Shown here: positions 8,038 to 16,691 of the stretch, piece after piece
Layout: every line of letters starts with the position of its first letter
Numbering within the stretch: position 1 is the first letter of the stretch
Source of the DNA: Planctomycetota bacterium
Lineage (GTDB): Bacteria; Planctomycetota; UBA1135
Length of the DNA: 64,000 nucleotides
Assembly: GCA_018671175.1 (NCBI GenBank)
Contig: JABHIE010000031.1
Span: forward strand, 104,128-168,127
Direction: 5' to 3'
The notes under the pieces: model-generated
What the model saw: only the letters and a program-made list of their open reading frames with translations
What the model was told of the DNA's origin: nothing
Database searches by the model: none
Made by a program: the position numbers and the translations under genes

Positions 8038-10272
8038 ATGACCATCTCTAAAAACGAAAAAGTCGTCTCAGTCTCACGCGAGATTGCGGGGCGCACACTT
8101 ACTCTCGAGACCGGTTGGATTGCCAAACAGGCATCCGGCTCTGTTATCGCAACCTATGGCGAAACCGTCGTTATGTCCACCGCAGTTGATGGTGGCCCAC
8201 GCGATTTGCCTTTCTTCCCACTGACCGTGGATTACCGCGAAAAGACATACGCTGCGGGCAAGATCCCGGGTGGTTTCTTTAAGCGCGAAGCACGCCCTTC
8301 TCTCAAGGAAGTCTTGGCGATGCGTTTGCTTGATCGCTCTGTGCGGCCAATGTTCCCAAGCGGTTACGGCAACGAGGTTCAAATTATGTCCTCGGTGCTT
8401 TCTTACGACCAAGAAAACTCACCTGAGATTTTGCACATGGTCGCTGGCATGGCTGCCGTCCATATTTCAAACATCCCGTTTGAGTGTGCGATGTCTGCAG
8501 TGCGTTTGGGCTACATCGATGGCAATGTCATCGTTAACCCAACCAAGACCATCGTTGAGCGCGATGACAATATGCTTGACCTAACTATGTCTGGCCACAA
8601 AGATGCGGTCTGCATGGTTGAAGCTGGCGCTCAAGAGCTACCTGACGCCGAGGTGTCGCGCGCGCTTAACGAGGGCCATAAGATCATCCAAAGCCTCTGC
8701 GAAATGGTTGAAGAGCTTCGGGCACAGTGCGGCAAAGAAAAGATTGCCGTAACTGCACCAGAGGTTGACGCCGAAACACCGGCTGCCATCCTTGAGAAGT
8801 ATGGCCAAGAGGCTATCGAGGCTGTCTTGCTGACCCAAGGCAAGTTCGAGCGTTACGACGCCATCGACGCATGGGTTGCTTCCGTTATTGCCGAAATGGG
8901 TGGCGAAGACGAAGACGATCAAAAGCGCGTCAAGAAAGCCGCGAAAAAGGTTGTCAATAAGGTTGAGCGCGACATGACCCTAAACGGTCGCCGCGTTGAT
9001 GGCCGCGATACCAAGACGATTCGCCCGATTAACATCGAGAATCGTTTCTTGCCACGCGCACACGGCTCAAGTTTGTTCACTCGCGGTGAGACACAAGCAA
9101 TTGTGACTTGCACGCTTGGTGCATCCGATGACGAAATGATGATTGACGGCATTGAGTCCGACAAGTCAAAGCAGGCGTTCTATCTGCACTACAACTTCCC
9201 GCCATTCTGCACAGGTGAGGCTAAGCCACTGCGCGGTACATCCCGTCGTGAGCAGGGCCACGGTGCTTTGGCTGAGCGTGCATTGCGCGCGATGTTGCCT
9301 GACCACAATGAGTTCCCTTACACCATTCGTATCGTTTCTGACATCACTGAGTCTAATGGCTCAAGCTCGATGGCTTCGGTTTGCGGTGGTTGCTTGTCGA
9401 TGCTTGACGCAGGCGTGCCCATGAAGGCATCTGTCGCGGGCATCGCAATGGGCCTAATCATGGATGAGACGACTGGCCAATACGCCATCTTGTCTGACAT
9501 CCTTGGCTCCGAAGACCACCATGGCGACATGGATTTCAAAGTAACGGGTACCGATAAAGGTGTCACGGCTTTGCAAATGGACATCAAGGTTAAAGGCCTT
9601 AGCCAAGAAATTCTTGAAGAGGCGATTCAACAGGCTCGTGAGGGTCGTGTTCACATCCTCGGCAAGATGGCTGAGGTTCAAGAAGGCCCAGCAACTGAGT
9701 TGTCGGCTTACGCGCCATGCAACATGAGCGTTAAGATTCCTCCTTCAAAGATTGGCTTCTTGATTGGCCCTAAAGGCGCCAACATCAAAGAGCTGCAAGA
9801 GACCTTTGGCGTTAATGTCAACATCGTTGACGATAACGGCAATGTCCAGGTTTCGGGCAACCCAGTCAGCCAGGTCGAGGCTTGCATTGCTCGCATCGCT
9901 TCACAAACGCGCGTCATCAAAATTGGTGAGCGTTTCAATGGCGCTGTGACTTCGGTCAAAGACTTTGGTTGCTTTGTCGATCTTGGCGGTGGCCAAGAAG
10001 GCATGTGCCACATCTCTGAGCTCGAAGAAGGTCGCACCGAAGATGTCGAGAGCGTCTGCAAAGAAGGCGATGAAATTGAAGTCATCGTGGTCAATGTTGA
10101 CGAGCGTTCCGGCAAGGTGCGTCTCTCACGCCGTATCGCTTTGATGGCAGAAGACGAGGTCGAAGAGGCCATGGCTGCTGCTCAAAAACCACAAGGTGGC
10201 GGCCCACGCGGAGGCCGAGGTGGTCGTCGTGATGACCGCCGTGGTGGCGGCGGCGGTCGCGATCGTCGCTAA
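8038..10272 (+). CDS. pnp: Polyribonucleotide nucleotidyltransferase (PNPase) with an RGG-rich C-terminal tail
   Basis: 744 aa with two RNase PH-like halves, KH ([19 protein letters not shown]) and S1 ([28 protein letters not shown]) domains. Ends [25 protein letters not shown]. Confidence 0.97.
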   Translation: MTISKNEKVVSVSREIAGRTLTLETGWIAKQASGSVIATYGETVVMSTAVDGGPRDLPFFPLTVDYREKTYAAGKIPGGFFKREARPSLKEVLAMRLLDRSVRPMFPSGYGNEVQIMSSVLSYDQENSPEILHMVAGMAAVHISNIPFECAMSAVRLGYIDGNVIVNPTKTIVERDDNMLDLTMSGHKDAVCMVEAGAQELPDAEVSRALNEGHKIIQSLCEMVEELRAQCGKEKIAVTAPEVDAETPAAILEKYGQEAIEAVLLTQGKFERYDAIDAWVASVIAEMGGEDEDDQKRVKKAAKKVVNKVERDMTLNGRRVDGRDTKTIRPINIENRFLPRAHGSSLFTRGETQAIVTCTLGASDDEMMIDGIESDKSKQAFYLHYNFPPFCTGEAKPLRGTSRREQGHGALAERALRAMLPDHNEFPYTIRIVSDITESNGSSSMASVCGGCLSMLDAGVPMKASVAGIAMGLIMDETTGQYAILSDILGSEDHHGDMDFKVTGTDKGVTALQMDIKVKGLSQEILEEAIQQAREGRVHILGKMAEVQEGPATELSAYAPCNMSVKIPPSKIGFLIGPKGANIKELQETFGVNVNIVDDNGNVQVSGNPVSQVEACIARIASQTRVIKIGERFNGAVTSVKDFGCFVDLGGGQEGMCHISELEEGRTEDVESVCKEGDEIEVIVVNVDERSGKVRLSRRIALMAEDEVEEAMAAAQKPQGGGPRGGRGGRRDDRRGGGGGRDRR

Positions 10273-10290
10273 TCGCGCTTCTTCTTGATA

Positions 10291-10320
10291 AAGGCGGCTC
10301 CATTTCGATGGGGCCGCCTT
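10291..10320 (+). terminator. Rho-independent terminator after pnp
   Basis: aaggcggc(tc)..loop..(gg)gccgcctt gives an 8-10 bp GC-rich stem followed by tctttgt, 19 nt after the pnp stop. Confidence 0.65.
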
Positions 10321-10470
10321 TCTTTGTGCCACTAAATATGGGGTGGAAAGAGCCCTTTTGACTACATTTTATGCTTTATAAGAAAATAACCGAAGAAAAT
10401 GTCCAACCCACTTGGTTTTAGGACGCTATATAATTACGATTAGGCTGTTCTGCCGAAAGGAGTTACACAA

Positions 10471-10887
10471 ATGCGTCTTCTACTAATACTCACCGCACTC
10501 TTGCTTTCTATGCCTGTGGCATTGTCTGCAAACCTTCACTATGGCTCTGGCTTTTCGGTTGCCGCTTTCGGTGCGGTTTCACTTGACAAGTCTAAGGTGC
10601 GTTATGGCAACCCAGCTTCCTTTGACGCCGAGCGCCAAGACAAAGTCGGCACGATACGCTCCAAAGAGATTTATCGTGCGATTCCAGCATTTCAAAAGAT
10701 TGAAAAAGGCAATATCAAAAAAGGAAGTGCTCAATACACCAAGCTTATGGGCGAGGCCACAAAGGTTTACCGCAAAGCTTTAAAGTCTGTCGCAATTTCA
10801 GGCGCATATGTCATCCTTGTCGAGCAAGGTGGCATTTCTGATTATTCCGTGACTGATGTCACAGCGGGCGTCATCGCAATTTTGTAA
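10471..10887 (+). CDS. Secreted Lys-rich protein, Skp/OmpH-like (shortened)
   Basis: 138 aa with a good SD (aaaggag, 9 nt upstream) and a signal peptide ending PVALSA. The C-terminus ALKSVAISGAYVILVEQGGISDYSVTDVTAGVIAIL resembles the E. coli Skp C-terminus ([38 protein letters not shown], from memory). The family assignment has not been checked by any search. Confidence 0.5.
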   Translation: MRLLLILTALLLSMPVALSANLHYGSGFSVAAFGAVSLDKSKVRYGNPASFDAERQDKVGTIRSKEIYRAIPAFQKIEKGNIKKGSAQYTKLMGEATKVYRKALKSVAISGAYVILVEQGGISDYSVTDVTAGVIAIL

Positions 10888-10896
10888 ACGCTCGTT

Positions 10897-12171
10897 TTGT
10901 CGACGCTCCCCCCGCGCTTTTTGCTCCTCCTGGGCCTTTGCGCGGGGGCTTTTTCGTGCAGTAGCTCTGAGGTCGATTCCTTAGAGGTAGAGTCTCAAGA
11001 AGCGGCCCCTGAGTTGGCAATTGCTACGGAGTCTTTTCCGCCAACGCTCGAAGAGACCTACCCATTTGTTCGCTTTACTGATTTTGGTGATGGTCAATAC
11101 AAGGCGCTCGTGCCTGTTGCACTTGGAGGAGGCACGATTGTTAAAGATGTCTTGGTCGCGAATTGCCCTTCTCTCGCGCGCACAGAGGCACCTGCGACGA
11201 TTGATGTGAAGCAAGGTTACGCCGTACAAGGTGACCCAAAGGTCGACCCCTGGCTGACGCAAGCCTCGATGATTCCTGTCGAAGACCTACTGCTTCTAAG
11301 TGGGGCTCAATCTGATGTCGCTGAGCTTCTTGACTTCATTGACTTCTATTTTAATTCTAGTCCGCAAATCGAAATTCAGGCTCAGATCATCGAAGTCGCC
11401 GACACCAAGGCTTTTGAGCGTGGCGTCAAAGATCTGAATCTGTTCAACCTTCGTGACAGCGCGGCGTTTGCTGATGGCAGCCCAGGGCCTTTCGCTCGCA
11501 GTATGTCCGGCACTGGCCTTGAAGCCGAGGGGTTTGCCGGTCAATTTTCGCTGGGCTTGATTCGTGACAACTATTCTTTGTCTGCCTTTCTTCAGCTGGT
11601 CGATTCAAGCAACGCTGCCGACATTGTTTCGAGACCACGCGCAATTACTCGCAATGGGCGCACAGCCTACTTGAGTTCGCAAGAAAGCATTCCTTATCAA
11701 AAACTAACGGCCTACGCCAATGGCAACCCCACTTTCGGGGTGGACTATCGCAAGGTCGGTGTAACGCTTCAGGTTCTACCCGTTATCGTGGGTGCCGACA
11801 CAATCCACCTCAGCTTTCAAGGCAATGTCAGCAAAGAGGGGCGTTCGGTCACTATCAGTGATGGCGGTGCAGGGGGTGGTGGTGGTGCGATTGCCATCCC
11901 CGTTGTCGCTACGCGCGATGTTAAAACCGAAGTCTCGGTTCGCTCAGGGCAGTCTGTTGTGATTGGTGGCCTTAATACTCTTGAGACTCGCATTGTTGAG
12001 CGCAAGATTCCGCTGTTGGGCGATATCCCAGGCCTTGGCTGGCTCTTCTCGAGTAAGTCTGAGCAAACAGTTAAGACCGAGGTCCTTTTCATTCTGACTC
12101 CTGTCATCAAAACCCGTGCGGCAAGTATTTCGCGCTTTGGCGATATCTTTGACCCCTGGGAAGAAGAATAG
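10897..12171 (+). CDS. Secretin-family outer-membrane channel (short, probable lipoprotein)
   Basis: 424 aa, TTG start 9 nt after the previous stop. Signal with Cys-containing lipobox-like LLGLCAGAFSCSS. Secretin-domain hallmarks are present: IEIQAQIIEVADTKAFERG.., VRSGQSVVIGGL, ERKIPLLGDIPGLGWLFSSKSEQTVKTEVLFILTPVI. Confidence 0.8.
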   Translation: MSTLPPRFLLLLGLCAGAFSCSSSEVDSLEVESQEAAPELAIATESFPPTLEETYPFVRFTDFGDGQYKALVPVALGGGTIVKDVLVANCPSLARTEAPATIDVKQGYAVQGDPKVDPWLTQASMIPVEDLLLLSGAQSDVAELLDFIDFYFNSSPQIEIQAQIIEVADTKAFERGVKDLNLFNLRDSAAFADGSPGPFARSMSGTGLEAEGFAGQFSLGLIRDNYSLSAFLQLVDSSNAADIVSRPRAITRNGRTAYLSSQESIPYQKLTAYANGNPTFGVDYRKVGVTLQVLPVIVGADTIHLSFQGNVSKEGRSVTISDGGAGGGGGAIAIPVVATRDVKTEVSVRSGQSVVIGGLNTLETRIVERKIPLLGDIPGLGWLFSSKSEQTVKTEVLFILTPVIKTRAASISRFGDIFDPWEEE

Positions 12172-12221
12172 GCGCGTTTGCGTCATGAAAGTATGCGGCA
12201 CGACCGCTAGACTTTCCTGAG

Positions 12222-13862
12222 ATGCTGTTGAAGCCTCACTTTGCGCCCGCTCGACTTGGGCAAACCAATCACACGCGTTCTACTGAGCGTGGGGTCGTGT
12301 TGATTCTTACACTATTTGTTTTGCTCATCACTTTTGCTCTCGTGACTGAGCTAACCGTGAGCACTTCTGTGGCTTTCCAAACCACACAAAACCGGGCAAA
12401 TCGCATCCGCATGGAAATGGCCGTGGTTGCCGCTGCCGACCAATTCATGGAAGCGCTCATTGGCGATGCTAGTGGTTCGGGCGGCTCCTCTGGGCTTGAA
12501 GGCATGCTGGGCGGCATGGGCGGGTCTGACCTTGGCGATCTCGCCGGCGATGTGGGGTTCGATTCTGCCGTAGGGGGCACTGATTCTCTCGATGATTCTT
12601 TTGGCGAAGACGGGGAAGAGGGCGAGGGCCAGCCCGACGGCTCATCCGCGGATTACTTGCAAGATGTCTGGGCAAAACCCATGCGCATTATGGTGGGTGA
12701 TTTCGAAATAACAATCTGGGCAGAAGATGAAAACGGAAAATTCCCTCTCTTTCAGCTCGTTGCTGGCACAGAAGAAGAGCAGGAAGAATCGCGCCGTCGA
12801 TTTGCTCGCATCCTCGATCATATGCGCGCCGATTTCGACGATGACATTGATCAGCACGCTGGCAATCTCATCGTCGAAGACATTGTTCGCTATCTAAAAG
12901 GCGATTTCATCGAAATGGAAATGCCGCGCGCACCGCGATTTTCTGATGACCCGGAAGCCGAGATGCCGCTTTATCTTCCGTATGCTCTCGAAGAATTGAT
13001 GCTTCTTGAGCACATCACAGAAGATCTCTATTACGATCAAGTCCGCACTGATGATCTAATTGCGCCAGGCCTTGAGTCAATATGCACCATTTACACTACC
13101 CCTGGTTTTGAGCCTCCCGAAGAGGGATCTGGCACAGAGCAGGCCGATGAGGCGGCCTTTGGGGATGACCCCGCCCAAGACGCCGCAACTCAAGACGACG
13201 CGCTCAATCAGGTTGAGTCATTGCTCGGCGGCGACGCTGAAACTGAGAGCACGGCATCTACTCCGGTTGGTGGTTTAGATGATGTCCTTGAAGGTGACCC
13301 GCCCCTTGGTCTTGGCATTAATCTCAACACCGCGCCGCAGTCTGTCCTCGAGGGCTTAGTGCCGCCTTTTGAGTTGTCTGGCTCTGTGATTCGCCAGATT
13401 CTTGAGCATCGCAATGAAGTCGATGAGGCCGCACTTGAGTCGCAAGACCAAGAAGATGGCAACCGTGATTTGGCCGAACTTGAGCAGTCTTTATATGGTG
13501 AGCAAAGCACCGACCCGCTCCAGTTTTTCTCATCCCTTGATGACTTGAAAAATGTCGATGGCTACGAAATGGGTGCTTCCGAAGAAGCGCGCCAAAAGTT
13601 TGAAAGCTTGCTTTCGGTGCAATCGGATACTTTTTCGGTCTACGCAACCGTGCGTATCTTGCCGGAAGGTTGGGAGCAAGAAACGCGCTACGAAGAGCCA
13701 CTCGGGCCCGTTTTGCGCCTGCGCACGATTGTGTGGCGTCGTGGCGGCGCCGGTGAGACTAAGTTGATTCCGATTCAGCCTTGGCAAGAAGTGCCAGCGA
13801 GTCGCTGGAAGATTCCTGATTTTCAATACGATCTGCCCCTCTACGAACCGCCCATCTGGTGA
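12222..13862 (+). CDS. GspK-like minor pseudopilin (T2SS protein K family) with acidic low-complexity insertions
   Basis: 546 aa. N-terminal RGVVLILTLFVLLITFALV transmembrane segment, DVWAKP...ITIWAEDENGKFPLFQL, and the helix-hairpin-helix-like GINLNTAPQSVLEGL motif are all typical of GspK. Gly/Asp/Glu-rich inserts lie at about residues 81-145 and 296-360. Confidence 0.72.
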   Translation: MLLKPHFAPARLGQTNHTRSTERGVVLILTLFVLLITFALVTELTVSTSVAFQTTQNRANRIRMEMAVVAAADQFMEALIGDASGSGGSSGLEGMLGGMGGSDLGDLAGDVGFDSAVGGTDSLDDSFGEDGEEGEGQPDGSSADYLQDVWAKPMRIMVGDFEITIWAEDENGKFPLFQLVAGTEEEQEESRRRFARILDHMRADFDDDIDQHAGNLIVEDIVRYLKGDFIEMEMPRAPRFSDDPEAEMPLYLPYALEELMLLEHITEDLYYDQVRTDDLIAPGLESICTIYTTPGFEPPEEGSGTEQADEAAFGDDPAQDAATQDDALNQVESLLGGDAETESTASTPVGGLDDVLEGDPPLGLGINLNTAPQSVLEGLVPPFELSGSVIRQILEHRNEVDEAALESQDQEDGNRDLAELEQSLYGEQSTDPLQFFSSLDDLKNVDGYEMGASEEARQKFESLLSVQSDTFSVYATVRILPEGWEQETRYEEPLGPVLRLRTIVWRRGGAGETKLIPIQPWQEVPASRWKIPDFQYDLPLYEPPIW

Positions 13863-14538
13863 GTATCGTGCGGGCCGACGCAAGGGCGTGCGGCAGTTTT
13901 AGCATCGTGGTGTATCGCAAAATGCGGCGAGTTTCTCGCATTGTGTGCTTGCTGTCGCTCTCCAGAATGATGTAATTGAATACCCGAGAAAAGCGCCGAG
14001 TCAAGTTCTCGGGGCCCTTACCGTGCGTGAGCTCCATCCAGAGCTTTGTGCACTCAATGCGAAGCTCTCGGCGAGAAAGGCCATTCCTTCGGGTCGTTGC
14101 AGTTAATTTTAGTGGCTTGCAATCGCCACTTCCTAGGCCGTCGGCTATTTGCTCAATTTCAAATAACTGTTGTGGGCTTTCCACGAAAGAATCGGTTGTA
14201 GGCGCAAAGGATTCGGGGAATTCCATTTGATCAAGGCTCATAGCGCGATTCCGTCGGCCTTGCTCAAATTCTCGATAAAGGGCGCGCCGCAGTGCGGGTT
14301 TCCAGTTTGGGTCATCACCCGGTTCCGTGAGCTCGGCCAGGCCAATCCAGACTTCGCCAAGGATGGTTTCGAGTACCAACTCGGCATCACTAGGCCTTCG
14401 ATAGCCCGTATAAGAGAGATATTTGGCCACTCGCCGAATTAATCGGGGGCGGAGTTGCTCGAGATTATCGGGCAGAAGTTGTTTGTTTGAATTGGTGGTG
14501 TGGATTCTTGCCATACTTGTGCGTTGCGAGAGTAGCAA
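13759..14538 (-). CDS. Hypothetical protein with weak resemblance to ECF-type sigma-70 region 2
   Basis: 259-aa ORF and the only long ORF between the GspK-like gene and purA. The segment LEQLRPRLIRRVAKYL...SDAELVLETILGEVWIGL...RRALYREFEQGRRNRAMSLDQ loosely follows the ECF sigma region-2 pattern. Its last ~35 codons overlap the 3' end of the convergent GspK-like gene. Confidence 0.4.
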   Translation of the reverse strand: MLLSQRTSMARIHTTNSNKQLLPDNLEQLRPRLIRRVAKYLSYTGYRRPSDAELVLETILGEVWIGLAELTEPGDDPNWKPALRRALYREFEQGRRNRAMSLDQMEFPESFAPTTDSFVESPQQLFEIEQIADGLGSGDCKPLKLTATTRRNGLSRRELRIECTKLWMELTHGKGPENLTRRFSRVFNYIILESDSKHTMRETRRILRYTTMLKLPHALASARTILTRWAVRRGADRIENQESSSDSLALLAKAESEST

Positions 14539-14573
14539 AGAATCCTCGGCCGTGGGACAATACTTCCTGCTTA

Positions 14574-14597
14574 TTACGCAATGACTCTGTTGCGTAA
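14574..14597. promoter_or_regulatory. Perfect inverted repeat TTACGCAA-N8-TTGCGTAA upstream of purA (candidate operator or 5'-UTR hairpin)
   Basis: Read directly: ttacgcaa tgactctg ttgcgtaa, 32 nt upstream of the purA ATG, in the 91-nt divergent intergenic region. Confidence 0.35.
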
Positions 14598-14629
14598 ACC
14601 TGCAACCATCAGGCCATCAACAAAGAATC

Positions 14630-15928
14630 ATGACTTCCACTGCAGTCGTCGGTCTCCAATGGGGAGACGAAGGAAAAGGTAAAATAATCGACCACCTCGC
14701 CGCTAAAGCGGATGTGGTTATTCGTTTCGCTGGCGGAAATAACGCCGGCCATACGGTCATCGTTGGCGATGAAAAGTATGTCCTACATCTCATCCCCGGG
14801 GGTATCTTGCACGAAGGCACGCTCAATATCATTGGTCGTGGCCTTGTGGTTGATCTCGCTGCACTGCTCGAAGAGATGGACGGCCTCATTGCGCGCGGCG
14901 TGCCCATCGCTGACCGCTTGCGTATTGATGGCCGGGCTCATGTGATTTTCCCTTATCACCGCCAACTTGATGCCATGTCTGAGTTGTGCCGCGGAGACGC
15001 CAAAATCGGCACAACTGGGCGTGGCATTGGGCCAGCCTATTCAGACAAAGTCGCTCGCACGGGCCTTCGCGTTGTTGATCTTTTGCACCGCGAGCATTTC
15101 GAGAAGCGTTTTCGCGTGGCTCTCGCCGAAAAGCAATCCCTTGCCGAAAAAGTTTATGGGCAAGAGCTACAAGATGTCGACGGCCTCTTTGAGCAGATGC
15201 TTGAGATGGTTGAGCGCATCCGGCCTTTGGTGGTTGATGGTGGCGCGCTTGCTCGCGAGGCTTACGCACAGGGCAAATCCGTTTTGTTCGAGGGCGCTCA
15301 AGGAACCATGCTTGATTTAGATGCCGGCACTTACCCTTTCGTGACCAGTTCCTGGACGGGTGTTTGGGGCATTGCCGGCGGCACAGGCTTCCCGCCGAAT
15401 CAACTTGAGCGGGCATTGGCCGTGACTAAGGCTTACTGCACTCGCGTGGGCGAGGGCCCATTCCCAACTGAGCTGTTTGATGCAGATGGTGACATGATGG
15501 CCAAAGTCGGTCATGAGTTTGGCGCGACTACAGGGCGTCCGCGGCGATGTGGGTGGTTTGATGCCGTGCAGGCTCGGTATGCCACGCAGCTCAACGGTCT
15601 TGATGGCGTTTATTTGACTAAGCTTGATGTTTTGTCGGGCTTTGAGACCATCAAAATGGCGACTGCTTATCGTTTAGGTGGCGAGACCGTAACCGATTTC
15701 CCTGCTGAAGCCGGTGTCTTGGGTGACCTTGAGCCTGTCTACACAGAGTTCCCAGGTTGGGCGGAAGACATTACCGAGGTGCGCTGCTTTGCTGATTTGC
15801 CGACAAATTGCCAAACTTACATCCGCGCTCTTGAAGTTGAGCTAGGCGTGCCAGCGGTGCAGATTTCTGTTGGCCCCGATCGCAATCAACTCTTCCCGGG
15901 CGAGTCGTCACTCGTTTCGGCAACTTAG
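14630..15928 (+). CDS. purA: Adenylosuccinate synthetase
   Basis: 432 aa with the N-terminal GLQWGDEGKGKIID P-loop, GTTGRGIGPAY and GATTGRPRRCGW motifs. Confidence 0.97.
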   Translation: MTSTAVVGLQWGDEGKGKIIDHLAAKADVVIRFAGGNNAGHTVIVGDEKYVLHLIPGGILHEGTLNIIGRGLVVDLAALLEEMDGLIARGVPIADRLRIDGRAHVIFPYHRQLDAMSELCRGDAKIGTTGRGIGPAYSDKVARTGLRVVDLLHREHFEKRFRVALAEKQSLAEKVYGQELQDVDGLFEQMLEMVERIRPLVVDGGALAREAYAQGKSVLFEGAQGTMLDLDAGTYPFVTSSWTGVWGIAGGTGFPPNQLERALAVTKAYCTRVGEGPFPTELFDADGDMMAKVGHEFGATTGRPRRCGWFDAVQARYATQLNGLDGVYLTKLDVLSGFETIKMATAYRLGGETVTDFPAEAGVLGDLEPVYTEFPGWAEDITEVRCFADLPTNCQTYIRALEVELGVPAVQISVGPDRNQLFPGESSLVSAT

Positions 15929-15935
15929 CCTGTCG

Positions 15936-16691
15936 ATGACAGACCTGCGCCCTGACTTCCCTGTTCCGCATCATGTCGCCCTCATCATGGACGGCAACGG
16001 TCGCTGGGCAAAAAGAGGGGGCATGATTCGATTGCGGGGCCATGAGATGGGCGTTGAGTCGGTTCGTGATGTCGTTACGGCGGCCTCCGAATGGGGCATT
16101 GAGCATCTCACTCTTTATGCTTTTTCCGTCGAGAATTGGGCGCGCCCAAAATTAGAAGTTGCGGGCTTGATGCGATTCTTAAAGAGCTTTTTGCGCAAAG
16201 AATTGCCGCTCATGCTTGAGCACGGAATCGCTCTGCGTGGCCTTGGGCAACTTGATGATTTGCCCTCTGATGTCTTGGCTGTTTTGCGCGAGACCGAGTT
16301 GGCGACGGCGGGCGGCAAACGAATGACCCTACGCCTGGCTTTGAGTTACGGCGGTCGTCAAGAAATCATGAAATCTGTGCGTGATTTGGCTGAGCAGGTG
16401 CAGGCTGGCACTTTGCAGCCAAGTGCAATTGACGACCAAGCTTTGATGGGGCATATGTTTGACCCAAGCATGCCTGACCCTGACTTAATCATTCGCACAG
16501 CAGGCGAAATCCGCTTGTCGAATTTCCTGTTGTGGCAAGCTAGCTACGCAGAGTTTTATTTCACAGAGGTCCTTTGGCCTGACTTCCGCCGCGCGCATTT
16601 CTTGCAGGCCTTGCGCGAATACGATGGGCGAGTGCGCCGATTTGGTGCCGTCCTCAAAGACGACCCTGCTGCCCGACCCCCAACATCATGA
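15936..16691 (+). CDS. uppS: Undecaprenyl-diphosphate synthase (cis-prenyltransferase)
   Basis: HVALIMDGNGRWA, LTLYAFSVENW and RTAGEIRLSNFLLWQASYAEFYF are present. I chose the ATG at 15936; the longer ORF from 15870 overlaps the purA 3' end. Confidence 0.92.
   Translation: MTDLRPDFPVPHHVALIMDGNGRWAKRGGMIRLRGHEMGVESVRDVVTAASEWGIEHLTLYAFSVENWARPKLEVAGLMRFLKSFLRKELPLMLEHGIALRGLGQLDDLPSDVLAVLRETELATAGGKRMTLRLALSYGGRQEIMKSVRDLAEQVQAGTLQPSAIDDQALMGHMFDPSMPDPDLIIRTAGEIRLSNFLLWQASYAEFYFTEVLWPDFRRAHFLQALREYDGRVRRFGAVLKDDPAARPPTS

Noticed and set aside
11866-11892. G-rich run (ggtgcagggggtggtggtggtgcgatt) inside the secretin gene, considered as a G-quadruplex or phase-variation tract
   Set aside because: It simply encodes a GAGGGGGA loop. 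It is not a homopolymer or a perfect repeat, so slippage is unlikely.
15870-15935. Upstream extension of uppS overlapping the purA 3' end
   Set aside because: The conserved UppS N-terminus (..HVALIMDGNGRWA) is reached from the ATG at 15936, just after the purA stop.
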